Assembly (NCBI GenBank): GCA_000830275.1
Contig: CP010424.1
Coordinates: 240,001-272,000 of the forward strand
Length of the DNA stretch: 32,000 nt
Direction of reading: 5' to 3'
From: an archaeon GW2011_AR10
GTDB taxonomy: Archaea; Iainarchaeota; Iainarchaeia; Iainarchaeales; GW2011-AR10
A program made the translations under genes and the position numbers. Below the pieces are notes generated by a model. That model saw only the letters and a list, made by a program, of their open reading frames with translations, was not told the origin of the DNA and did no database searches. Positions 1 to 7,521 of this stretch are shown in pieces; the first letter of the stretch is position 1, and each line of letters starts with the position of its first letter.

Positions 1-330
1 CTTGCCGGCGCATTTATTTCGCAGGCAACTTCCTTTATTGAAAAAGCCACTCCGTATCTTAAGTACTTTAACCTTGCTGCAGGGGTTCTGCTCCTTGTTT
101 TAGGGGTTCTGGTTTTCACTGATAACCTTTCGCAGATTGCTAACTTTTTTTACGCGCAGGGCTTTTTTGGTTTTGACACAATGAACGAACTAGGAGAGGG
201 CGGTAACCCCACACTAGTGATTGCTTTCCTTGGAGGGGTAATCTCTTTTTTCTCTCCGTGCATTCTGCCTTTGGTGCCGGCTTTCCTTTCCTACATTTCC
301 GGCGTCAGCTTTAAGGAAATACAACATTGA
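1..330 (+). CDS. ccdA: CcdA/DsbD-family thiol-disulfide (cytochrome c biogenesis) membrane protein. The 5' end lies outside the window. The C-terminal tail continues in frame into a second, truncated CcdA N-terminal segment.
   Basis: The frame-1 ORF is open from base 1 to TGA 328-330. The first ~60 aa (YLKYFNLAAGVLLLVLGVLVFTDNLSQIANFF) look like the last TM helix and tail of CcdA. From ATG 181 the text MNELGEGGNPTLVIAFLGGVISFFSPCILPLVPAFLSYISGVS matches the conserved CcdA N-terminus/TM1 with its SPC cysteine motif. Compare B. subtilis CcdA ..[24 protein letters not shown], quoted from memory. Confidence 0.6.
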   Translation, partial: LAGAFISQATSFIEKATPYLKYFNLAAGVLLLVLGVLVFTDNLSQIANFFYAQGFFGFDTMNELGEGGNPTLVIAFLGGVISFFSPCILPLVPAFLSYISGVSFKEIQH

Positions 331-354
331 CGTATGTTGGGGAACCCAGCAATT

Positions 355-381
355 CTTTGCAAACCTTTTGGGTTTGCGAAG
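355..381. terminator. Stem-loop in the convergent ccdA/nucS intergenic region
   Basis: gcaaacc (359-365) pairs with ggtttgc (371-377) around a 5-nt loop. The stem extends to 355/381 with one G-T wobble. The hairpin lies between two convergent stop codons. Archaeal terminators are usually T-tracts, so its function is uncertain. Confidence 0.25.
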
Positions 382-384
382 TGC

Positions 385-403
385 CCAGAATTTTCAATTC
401 TGG
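385..403. terminator. Second stem-loop in the convergent ccdA/nucS intergenic region
   Basis: ccagaatt (385-392) pairs with aattctgg (396-403). This gives a perfect 8-bp stem with a 3-nt loop (ttc). Confidence 0.25.
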
Positions 404-423
404 TGCACAGTGCGGGAATGACG

Positions 424-1176
424 TCACATGAACTCAGTTATTGTCGGCTGCTTTTTCTGAACGCCTTTGATTTTTGTTTTAGGGTTGCCTATTTCAAAAT
501 CAAAAGAGTAATACTCCAAACCATAGTTTTCAAGCAGGTCGCGGGCATTCTTCATTATTTCTGGTGCAACAAGAATGCCTCTGGTTTTTACTCCATTAAT
601 TTTTTCCACCTGCTTTGCGTAGCGCTGAAGCTGCGTTACCGCGCTAAAATCGGCTTTTCTTCTTTTAACTTCAATTACAACAATGTTTCCATCCTTGTCC
701 TCAGCTATTAAATCTGCTATTCCTTTCCTGAAAGCCTGCTCCTGCTTCAAGGGTTTTAGTCCTTCCTCCAAAAAACTCAAATCCTTCATTAATTCGTTGC
801 TCAGTTCGCGCTCGCTTCCGAATAAGCGCAAATCAGCTGCTGAATCCATTTCATAGCTCTGAATGTCGTCCACGCGGTAGAAAAATACTTTGATTGATTC
901 CTTTGGCTTCAGTTTTTTCGCGCTTAGCACTAGCGCGTTGTCTTGTTCCTCGCATGAAATGCGCGCATTCATCATGTAATTCGTTGGCCTAAGCAGCCTG
1001 TTCTGGTGGATTGCAGAAGAGCTGTCGCCTTTAATCATCAGGAGCCTTTTTCCTTTCGGGAGCTTTGAAGCAGCTCTCCCCCAATACTCCACATAACAGT
1101 TTCCCACAACCAAGAGCATCTGCTTTCCCTTTATTGCTTCCTCTATCCTTTGCCTGGCTTGCCCGAACGAAAACAT
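424..1176 (-). CDS. nucS: Endonuclease NucS/EndoMS (mismatch-specific RecB-like nuclease)
   Basis: 250 aa. The N-terminal domain reads VEYWGRAASKLPKGKRLLMIKGDSSSAIHQ..LRPTNYM. The C-terminal RecB-like nuclease core reads DLIAEDKDGNIVVIEVKRRKADFSAVTQLQRY. The C-terminus QPTITEFM fits a PIP-box pattern (Q-x-x-I-x-x-F-M) for PCNA binding. Confidence 0.9.
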   Translation of the reverse strand: MFSFGQARQRIEEAIKGKQMLLVVGNCYVEYWGRAASKLPKGKRLLMIKGDSSSAIHQNRLLRPTNYMMNARISCEEQDNALVLSAKKLKPKESIKVFFYRVDDIQSYEMDSAADLRLFGSERELSNELMKDLSFLEEGLKPLKQEQAFRKGIADLIAEDKDGNIVVIEVKRRKADFSAVTQLQRYAKQVEKINGVKTRGILVAPEIMKNARDLLENYGLEYYSFDFEIGNPKTKIKGVQKKQPTITEFM

Positions 1177-1195
1177 GCCATAATTAGAGTAAAAG

Positions 1196-1203
1196 AAATT
1201 AAA
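1196..1203 (-). promoter_or_regulatory. Candidate TATA box for nucS (leaderless)
   Basis: The minus strand reads TTTAATTT about 20-27 nt upstream of the nucS ATG (1176). Confidence 0.3.
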
Positions 1204-1233
1204 TCAATAATTGCTTGGAAAAATTCGCTTTAA

Positions 1234-1248
1234 GCCGAAATTTTCGGC
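1234..1248. promoter_or_regulatory. Perfect 15-bp palindrome GCCGAAA-T-TTTCGGC in the divergent nucS/nadA promoter region
   Basis: gccgaaa (1234-1240) and tttcggc (1242-1248) are exact reverse complements. The palindrome sits between the two candidate TATA boxes and ends 10 nt upstream of the nadA TATA. Confidence 0.35.
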
Positions 1249-1257
1249 TATGGCAAG

Positions 1258-1267
1258 AATTAAATAA
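1258..1267 (+). promoter_or_regulatory. Candidate TATA box for nadA (leaderless)
   Basis: AATTAAATAA is centred about 26 nt upstream of ATG 1289. Confidence 0.4.
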
Positions 1268-1288
1268 CATTGACTTAGCTTAATTAAT

Positions 1289-2299
1289 ATGGCATACCAG
1301 CAGGAAATAACCGTTAGTGAAGTAAAACAGGAAGCAAAGCGCCTGCACGAAAAGCTCAGGCACCTGAAATACTCTTTGGAGGACTGCCTGCCTTTCGCCC
1401 CTTTTACGCTAGAAATCAACAAGCTTAAAAAAGAAAAAAACGCGTTTGTGCTTGCCCACAATTACCAGCGCCCGGAAATAATTTTTGGCATTTCCGATTT
1501 CCATGCTGACAGCCTTGCTTTAAGCAAAAAGGCAACTGAAACAGATGCTGACATAATTTTGTTTTGCGGCGTTCACTTCATGGCTGAAACCGCAAAAATA
1601 CTTAACCCGGAAAAAAAGGTTCTTTTGCCTGATTTAGGGGCAGGATGCAGCCTTGCCGAAAGCATCACTGCAAAAGATGTGAGAATGCTCAGAAAACAGC
1701 ACCCTGATGCAATGGTTGTCACTTACGTTAACACTTCAGCTGAAGTGAAGGCTGAATCAGATTACTGCTGCACCAGCGCAAATGCCCTGAAAGTAATTGA
1801 AGCGGCTCCCTCTGACAGGGTAATCTTTTTGCCTGATATTTTCATGGCGCAAAACCTTGCAAAGCTTACTTCTAAAGAAATCATTTCTTGGAACGGCAAA
1901 TGCATTGTGCATGAAACTTTTACGCCGGAGCAAGTGCAGCGCTACAAAAGAACTTATCCTGAAATGAAGGTTTTGGCCCATACTGAATGTCATCCCGGGG
2001 TTGTTGAGCTGGCTGACCTTGCCGGCGGCACATCAGACATGCAGCGCTATGTTGAGAAAACGGATGCGCGCAGAATAATGCTTGTAACTGAATGCGGGAT
2101 GAGCGACATGCTGCAAGTGCATCATCCAGAAAAAGAATTCATTGTGCCATGCAGCATCTGCCCTTACATGAAGAAAACTCACTTGGAAAATGCGCTTGAA
2201 TGCCTAAAAAATGAATCCCCAGAAATAGTTGTTGAGGAAAGCATAAGGAAACGCGCAGAGAAAGCAGTCAACAGAATGCTTGAAATAACCGGCAATTAG
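1289..2299 (+). CDS. nadA: Quinolinate synthase
   Basis: 336 aa with typical NadA blocks: LAHNYQRPEI, GVHFMAETAKILNP, VTYVNTSAEVKA, CCTSANA, AHTECHP, LVTECGM and CSICPYMK. Confidence 0.95.
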   Translation: MAYQQEITVSEVKQEAKRLHEKLRHLKYSLEDCLPFAPFTLEINKLKKEKNAFVLAHNYQRPEIIFGISDFHADSLALSKKATETDADIILFCGVHFMAETAKILNPEKKVLLPDLGAGCSLAESITAKDVRMLRKQHPDAMVVTYVNTSAEVKAESDYCCTSANALKVIEAAPSDRVIFLPDIFMAQNLAKLTSKEIISWNGKCIVHETFTPEQVQRYKRTYPEMKVLAHTECHPGVVELADLAGGTSDMQRYVEKTDARRIMLVTECGMSDMLQVHHPEKEFIVPCSICPYMKKTHLENALECLKNESPEIVVEESIRKRAEKAVNRMLEITGN

Positions 2300-2631
2300 T
2301 TGCCTCTGAAAGCGCGCTTGACTGCCTTAAGGATTGATTCCCATAAATAGTTTTTCTTTTTTGTGCGAGTAAACTGAACTCCGCCTGAATCCAGCTGCTC
2401 TTTTCTCCTGTCAGTCATTGTGAAAGTGTTTGCTCCGCTGCCAACCGTTTTGTGCACATCAACTGAGAACTTGAATGGCCCCTTTCTCCTTTCCTGCACT
2501 CCTGCTGGTGGCCCAACCTGCATTTTTGGGTATCTTCTTCCAAGGTTAACAGCGCTGAAACCTTTTTCAGATTTTGCGCTTGCAGTATTCTGCGTCAAAA
2601 TTCTTCTCCTGTCTTTTTTTCTCTGCAGCAT
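2296..2631 (-). CDS. Hypothetical small, highly basic protein (111 aa)
   Basis: This is the only long ORF covering 2296-2631 that does not overlap a recognised gene. It is K/R-rich (MLQRKKDRRRIL...RTKKKNYLW...) and I recognise no family. It lies 34 nt downstream of, and co-oriented with, the methyltransferase-like gene. Its stop overlaps the nadA stop on the other strand. Confidence 0.35.
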   Translation of the reverse strand: MLQRKKDRRRILTQNTASAKSEKGFSAVNLGRRYPKMQVGPPAGVQERRKGPFKFSVDVHKTVGSGANTFTMTDRRKEQLDSGGVQFTRTKKKNYLWESILKAVKRAFRGN

Positions 2632-2665
2632 TAATAACCCATATTCGAGGTCATATATAAATTTT

Positions 2666-3358
2666 TCAGTTGCGTGGAAGCCTCGTTATATGAATGATTT
2701 GCTCAAGATATTCTGTTCCGTAATAGGTTCTTCTCTTTACGCTCCATTCCTGCAACTGAATTCCCTTAATTTTTTTTAGATCCTTTAATATGTCACCGAC
2801 TTCTTTAACTGTGAAGTTTTCTCCTGTCTGCAAATAGGAAACCGGGAAAACAGTGAAGGCTTCCCCTCCTTTTTTCAGGTGGGAAATTGTTTTTTCAATT
2901 GAGTGCCTTACAAGGCTTTTTGGCAGATGGAAGTCTTCTCCAAAAGCGTCAAATATTATGTCGTATTTTTTCTCATGCCATTTCGTGATTCCAATGCTCT
3001 TAATTGTTCTGTCAATGAAAGGCATGTTTTCTGGCTTTAAAGCCGCTCTTGTAAGGGTTAATGCAGTAGTGGTTATTCCTCCAGGAAAAAAACGCTTTAT
3101 TTCTGCAAGAGTGTTGCCTGAACCGGTTCCTTTTTCCAAAACCTCGATTTTTCCTTGACTTGCTTTTTTCTTAATGGCTGATATCAGCTCTGAAGTGAAA
3201 GGAATATGGTGTAGGCTCCTGTCAAGCTTGTAAGATGCTGTGCCTCTTCCAATGTCTCCTGCCCTCATGCTCCAGAAATCAGTTGCAAGTTTTTTCCGTT
3301 CAGGAGAGCCCTTTCTTTTCAGCGCCTTCCTAACTTTAGAGGTTTTTCCCAAGCTCAT
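2666..3358 (-). CDS. Class I SAM-dependent methyltransferase-like protein, substrate unknown
   Basis: 230 aa. VLEKGTGSGN resembles motif I (E/D-x-G-x-G-x-G). YDIIFDAFG and HLKKGGEAF resemble the later Rossmann-fold methyltransferase motifs. The N-terminus is basic. Confidence 0.6.
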   Translation of the reverse strand: MSLGKTSKVRKALKRKGSPERKKLATDFWSMRAGDIGRGTASYKLDRSLHHIPFTSELISAIKKKASQGKIEVLEKGTGSGNTLAEIKRFFPGGITTTALTLTRAALKPENMPFIDRTIKSIGITKWHEKKYDIIFDAFGEDFHLPKSLVRHSIEKTISHLKKGGEAFTVFPVSYLQTGENFTVKEVGDILKDLKKIKGIQLQEWSVKRRTYYGTEYLEQIIHITRLPRN

Positions 3359-3408
3359 AATAATGTAAGTAACTTTATTGTAATAAGTTCATTAAAAATT
3401 TTCCGTAT

Positions 3409-4143
3409 CTAATCTAGGCTTCTTCCAAGCAGGATTTCGTTTATTTTACGCCAGGCCGAGAGCGCCGCAATTCCGCTGGTTTTGGGGTTTTTGGAGGGAA
3501 GGGCTGCAACCTTTATGTGGAATGCCCCGAACTTGCCTTTGGCAGTAACTGTGTGGGTGTTTGCAGTGCATTTTGGGTCTGAAATGATTTTTGCCCTTGT
3601 TTTTTCAAAACCAATGCCATTCAATGCGAGTGTAGCAGCAACATTAACGTTTTTTGGGTAAAGCATTGCCGCCTTTCTCGCGTTTCCCTCAAACAAAACG
3701 GTTTCTTTTTTGTCGTTCCTGCCGAAACCTTTAGGGTTTTTTCTTGTGACAAGCTCAACGCTTTCCAGCTGCTCTTTTACTGCCACAATTCCGTCAAGGC
3801 CAATTATTGCGCCTGAAGGGATAAAGAGTTTTGTGCCGAATTTTTTTCTTGCTACACTAATTTTTTCTTCCAGATTTTTTTCTGCTAGGGCAGAGGAAGA
3901 CAAAATCATCAAATCAGTTTTTTCCAGAACTTTTGCCGCGTATTCCTTTACTGCTTCTGCTGAAGCGCACTCAACAACCAAATCAATTTTTGAAAGGTTG
4001 GTTTTGTCCAGAGAGGAAACAGTTGCCTTGGTTTTGTCAACGTCCAAAATAAATGCCAGCTCGAACTTGTCCGAGGACTCAATGCGTTCTTTGAGGTAAG
4101 AGCCAATCGTGCCCAAGCCAATAATGCCGATTTTTTTTCCCAC
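3409..4143 (-). CDS. nadX: L-aspartate dehydrogenase (NAD biosynthesis)
   Basis: 244 aa. It has the Rossmann motif IGIIGLGTIGS and the family-like blocks NVNVAATLAL and CTANTHTVTAKGKFGAFHIKV. The start codon is GTG (cac at 4141-4143), preceded by GGGGAAAG. It sits in the nadC-nadM-nadX gene string. Confidence 0.85.
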   Translation of the reverse strand: MGKKIGIIGLGTIGSYLKERIESSDKFELAFILDVDKTKATVSSLDKTNLSKIDLVVECASAEAVKEYAAKVLEKTDLMILSSSALAEKNLEEKISVARKKFGTKLFIPSGAIIGLDGIVAVKEQLESVELVTRKNPKGFGRNDKKETVLFEGNARKAAMLYPKNVNVAATLALNGIGFEKTRAKIISDPKCTANTHTVTAKGKFGAFHIKVAALPSKNPKTSGIAALSAWRKINEILLGRSLD

Positions 4144-4181
4144 TTTCGCTTTCCCCCTAGCTAAAAATTTAGGTTGAAGTT

Positions 4182-4700
4182 TTACTCTTTCTGTTCTTTT
4201 TCTACAATTGCGCTGATTCTTTCGGCTGCCTTTATTTTCTTTAGGTAATCCTTTACTGCATCAGGGACAAGCCCGCTCCATTCATCGCCGCTTAAAATCG
4301 CTTTCCTTATTTTTACGCCGTCAACGTCTTTAAGTTTTGAAACCATTTTTTTGACTTCAAGGCCTGATGTTTCAAACAGCTGCTTAACCAGCGGGTTGTT
4401 GGTGTAAACAACGTCAAACTTTGGGCAGTAGCTTTTAATCTTTGAAACCCAAATGGAATTCTCGTGAACATCGGCAACCGGGATTATAAAGCACTTTTCA
4501 AAAAGTTTTTTCTCCTTCAATGCAATGGAAATCATTTCAATTCTTTCTCCTGCAGTGAAAGGGTTTTCTGCCTTGTGGCTTTCATCGCTGGAGCCAACAA
4601 CAATTATCAGCTCATCAGCCTCTTTCAGAATGTTCTTAATTGCTTCGTGGTGCCCGGAATGGTAGGGTTGAAACCTTCCAACAATCAGTGCCCTTTTCAT
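4182..4700 (-). CDS. nadM: Nicotinamide-nucleotide adenylyltransferase, archaeal NadM type
   Basis: 172 aa. GRFQPYHSGHHEAI is the (H/T)xGH nucleotidyltransferase motif in the archaeal NMNAT context. The ATG overlaps the nadC stop (ATGA at 4697-4700). Confidence 0.9.
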   Translation of the reverse strand: MKRALIVGRFQPYHSGHHEAIKNILKEADELIIVVGSSDESHKAENPFTAGERIEMISIALKEKKLFEKCFIIPVADVHENSIWVSKIKSYCPKFDVVYTNNPLVKQLFETSGLEVKKMVSKLKDVDGVKIRKAILSGDEWSGLVPDAVKDYLKKIKAAERISAIVEKEQKE

Positions 4701-5536
4701 GCAACCACTTCCAGCGAGAAATCAATTGTTTTTGCTTCTTTGGTCAGTTGGCCCATTGAAATCATTTCCGGCTTTAATTTAACATAACTGTGAAGGTTTT
4801 TTAGCGTGATGCCGCCGCTCAGTTCAACAACTGCTTTTTGGTTTATTTCTTTAACTTTCCTGATTGCTTTTCCAGTGCTTTTCATGGAAAAGTTGTCAAG
4901 CATTACAATGTCAGCATTGTTTTTTGCAGCTTCAACTGCCTGCCCTGCTGTTCTGACTTCAACCTCAATTTTTTCTCCCTTCCTTTTTTTCTCGCGAGCT
5001 TTTGCAATGAGTTCCTGAATGCTGCCAAATGCAAGGTGGTTTTCCTTGAGCAAAATCATTTCCTCCAAATTTTTTCTGTGTGGAAACACCCCGCCAAAAG
5101 TGCAGGCCTTTTTATCAAACTCATTGAAGCCAGGCATTGTCTTGCGTGTAAGGAAAACTTTTGTGTTTTCTCCTGCAATTGTTGCTGCCTTGCTGCAGAT
5201 GGTTGCAACGCCGCTCATTCTTCCCAAAACGTTCAAGGATGTTCTCTCAGCTGAAAGAATTTTTCTGTTCACTCCATCCAGTTTTAAAACCTTTGAGCCT
5301 TTTCGCAGTATTGCACCGTCTTTTTTCAGCTGCTTCACCCTGCAGCCTTGAAATGAAAAAAGCCATGCCGCTTCCTCTGCGCCGGCCAGAACACAGTTTT
5401 CATTGGCAGTTATAATTGCGCGGCATTTTTTTTCCGGCAGCAAAGCGCTTGTTCTGTCTCCTGCACCCACATCATCTGCAAGGAACTGCTTCAGTTTCTT
5501 TTTTGCCGGAGCGAAAAGCATATCGAAGTAACCCAT
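4697..5536 (-). CDS. nadC: Nicotinate-nucleotide pyrophosphorylase (quinolinate phosphoribosyltransferase)
   Basis: 279 aa with the blocks ERTSLNVLGRMSGVAT, TRKTMPG, LLKENH, DIVMLDN and ELSGGIT typical of NadC. Confidence 0.93.
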   Translation of the reverse strand: MGYFDMLFAPAKKKLKQFLADDVGAGDRTSALLPEKKCRAIITANENCVLAGAEEAAWLFSFQGCRVKQLKKDGAILRKGSKVLKLDGVNRKILSAERTSLNVLGRMSGVATICSKAATIAGENTKVFLTRKTMPGFNEFDKKACTFGGVFPHRKNLEEMILLKENHLAFGSIQELIAKAREKKRKGEKIEVEVRTAGQAVEAAKNNADIVMLDNFSMKSTGKAIRKVKEINQKAVVELSGGITLKNLHSYVKLKPEMISMGQLTKEAKTIDFSLEVVA

Positions 5537-5647
5537 GTAAAGTTTTATAAGCTAATTTTTGGAAGAATAATATACTGGATGATATATTGAATTATTGAAT
5601 GTTAAATAGATTTAGTGTTAGTTGCATTTGATGTGTTGGTGCAGGCA

Positions 5648-6541
5648 ATGACTGGAAAGAAAAAAGTTGAAAAGGGAACGCCTAAGCTCAAGAAAGGCTT
5701 TGCTGAAATGCTGAAAGGCGGGGTCATAATGGATGTTATTAGTGCAGAGCAGGCAAAAATAGCTGAAAAGGCCGGCGCTGTTGCTGTAATGGCTTTGGAG
5801 AGGGTTCCAGCTGACATAAGGTCTGCTGGCGGTGTTGCGAGAATGGCTGACCCTACCAGAATAAGGGAAATAATGGGCGTGGTTTCAATTCCTGTCATGG
5901 CAAAAGTTAGAATAGGCCACTTTGTTGAAGCGCAGGTTCTAGAGGCTTTAGGCGTTGACTACATTGACGAGTCAGAAGTTCTCACTCCTGCTGACATGCA
6001 GTTCCACATTGACAAGCGCAATTTCAATGTTCCGTTTGTGTGCGGCGCAAGAAATCTGGGAGAGGCCCTGAGAAGAATAGAGGAAGGCGCTTCCATGATC
6101 AGGACAAAGGGAGAGGCTGGAACAGGCAATGTTGTTGAAGCCGTAACCCACATGCGTTCAATCAGTGATGAAATCCTGCAGCTTCAGTCAATGCACCCTG
6201 ACACGCTTGAAAGCAGGGCTTCCACAATGCGTGTTTCAGCAGAGCTTTTAAGGGAGGTCAGGAAAATTAAGCGCTTGCCTGTGGTTAATTTTGCTGCAGG
6301 CGGAATTGCTACTCCTCCTGACGCTGCTTTGATGATGCAGTTGGGCGCTGACGGAGTATTTGTCGGCTCCGGAATCTTCAAGTCAAGCAATCCGGCTAAA
6401 AGAGCCAAAGCAATAGTTGATGCGACAACTCATTTCATGGATGCAGGCAAAATAGCTGTTTCCTCTGAGGGATTAGGTGAAGCAATGAAGGGCCTTGAAA
6501 TATCAAAGCTCGACACAAGGTTCCAGGAGCGAGGATGGTAG
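5648..6541 (+). CDS. pdxS: Pyridoxal 5'-phosphate synthase, lyase subunit
   Basis: It is near-collinear with B. subtilis PdxS (from memory): [91 protein letters not shown] and the C-terminal QERGW. I chose ATG 5648, which has GGTG 6 nt upstream, over the GTG at 5615 used by the ORF track. Confidence 0.97.
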   Translation: MTGKKKVEKGTPKLKKGFAEMLKGGVIMDVISAEQAKIAEKAGAVAVMALERVPADIRSAGGVARMADPTRIREIMGVVSIPVMAKVRIGHFVEAQVLEALGVDYIDESEVLTPADMQFHIDKRNFNVPFVCGARNLGEALRRIEEGASMIRTKGEAGTGNVVEAVTHMRSISDEILQLQSMHPDTLESRASTMRVSAELLREVRKIKRLPVVNFAAGGIATPPDAALMMQLGADGVFVGSGIFKSSNPAKRAKAIVDATTHFMDAGKIAVSSEGLGEAMKGLEISKLDTRFQERGW

Positions 6542-6564
6542 AAAGGAACAGGGGCTGATATGAA

Positions 6565-7137
6565 TTGAGGGTTGGAGTGCTTGCGCTTCAAGGAGACTTC
6601 CGGGAGCACCGCAGGCAAATTGAGGCTTTAGGCGTTGAGTGCGTTGAGGTTAGAAACCCTGAGGAGCTAGAAGGCCTTGCTGGGCTGATTATTCCAGGCG
6701 GGGAAAGCACAACCATTTCCAACTTAATGAAAAAGTGCGGCCTTGACAAGGCAATAAAGCGAAAGCACAAAGCAGGAATGGCTTTGATGGGCACGTGTGC
6801 CGGCGCAATACTTCTTTCAAAAACAGTTCTGAACGAAAAAAGATTTTTTCCTTTGGGTTTAATTGATGTTACCATTTCTCGGAACTCTTACGGAAGACAG
6901 GTTGATTCATTTGAAGCAGACCTAAATGTTAAGGGTTTAGGAAAAGTTAATGGCGCGTTCATTCGAGCACCGGTAATTGAAGGAACAGGAAATAATGTTG
7001 AGGTGCTCTCCAGTTTTAACGGAAAACCAGTGCTTGTAATGCAGGGCAAAATTTTGCTTGCAACATTTCATACGGAGTTAGGTGCAGATACTTCTATTCA
7101 CAGGCTTTTCTGCTCTGTTGCTTCAGATGGTTTTTGA
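6565..7137 (+). CDS. pdxT: Pyridoxal 5'-phosphate synthase, glutaminase subunit
   Basis: 190 aa with VGVLALQGDFREH, IIPGGESTT, catalytic-Cys block GTCAGAILL and TFHTEL. It has a TTG start and no in-frame ATG upstream. Confidence 0.93.
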   Translation: MRVGVLALQGDFREHRRQIEALGVECVEVRNPEELEGLAGLIIPGGESTTISNLMKKCGLDKAIKRKHKAGMALMGTCAGAILLSKTVLNEKRFFPLGLIDVTISRNSYGRQVDSFEADLNVKGLGKVNGAFIRAPVIEGTGNNVEVLSSFNGKPVLVMQGKILLATFHTELGADTSIHRLFCSVASDGF

Positions 7138-7158
7138 CTTCGCTGCCGAAGTAATCAT

Positions 7159-7198
7159 GCCCGAAAAGAAACCTATTTTTCAAGACTTCTTTTCGGGC
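7159..7198. terminator. Perfect 12-bp stem-loop 22 nt downstream of the pdxT stop
   Basis: gcccgaaaagaa (7159-7170) and ttcttttcgggc (7187-7198) are exact reverse complements separated by a 16-nt loop. T-rich runs follow. Confidence 0.4.
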
Positions 7199-7457
7199 GG
7201 CAACTTGATGTCAAATCTTTTTCCCTGCACAAATATCCCATAAACTTTTTCTGGCATCTTTTCCCTCCTCTTCATTTTTGGTCTCATTAACTTTCAGCAT
7301 AACTAGTGTTGTTTGTGTCTAATATATCTGATGACCGAAATCTAACTTGGAACAGGCAATAATCAGGTTTAGTCATGGAATTCAATTTTTTTCTGGGAAA
7401 AAGTTGCTTTTTTTTAAAACAAGGCAAAAGAAATTCAAAATTTTAACAAATTAACGA

Positions 7458-7515
7458 GAAAATGTTAAATTATTGGTAAAAAACGTTGTTTTTTAAAGTT
7501 TTCTAACATTTTTTC
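7458..7515. promoter_or_regulatory. Nested dyad symmetry immediately upstream of the HTH+ACT gene
   Basis: The inner perfect palindrome is aaaaaac-gtt-gtttttt (7478-7494). The outer imperfect arms are gaaaatgtta (7458-7467) and taacattttttc (7504-7515). Both share the same centre (~7486) and the region ends 7 nt before ATG 7522. Confidence 0.3.
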
Positions 7516-7521
7516 ATTATT

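Noticed and set aside
334-711. 125-aa plus-strand ORF from the ORF track
   Set aside because: It lies almost entirely antisense to the well-supported nucS gene. The F/L/C-rich sequence has no recognisable motif, which is typical of a shadow ORF.
2420-2779. 119-aa plus-strand ORF as an alternative explanation for the 2296-2665 region
   Set aside because: It overlaps the 3' end of the methyltransferase-like gene by more than 100 nt and reads like hydrophobic shadow sequence. I kept the minus-strand basic ORF instead, at low confidence.
5615-5647. GTG-initiated N-terminal extension of pdxS ([11 protein letters not shown]...) given in the ORF track
   Set aside because: PdxS homologs start just before the G-T-x-x-x-K-x-G block. 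ATG 5648 has GGTG 6 nt upstream. The extension would also overlap the likely promoter.
7157-7287. Two mini-ORFs (28 aa on the plus strand, 35 aa on the minus strand) with a shared MPEK motif, considered as genuine genes
   Set aside because: The shared MPEK start is a by-product of the 12-bp palindrome they overlap. Neither has a convincing TATA box or SD, and both are below any length at which I can judge coding potential. I kept them only as a note within the spacer finding.
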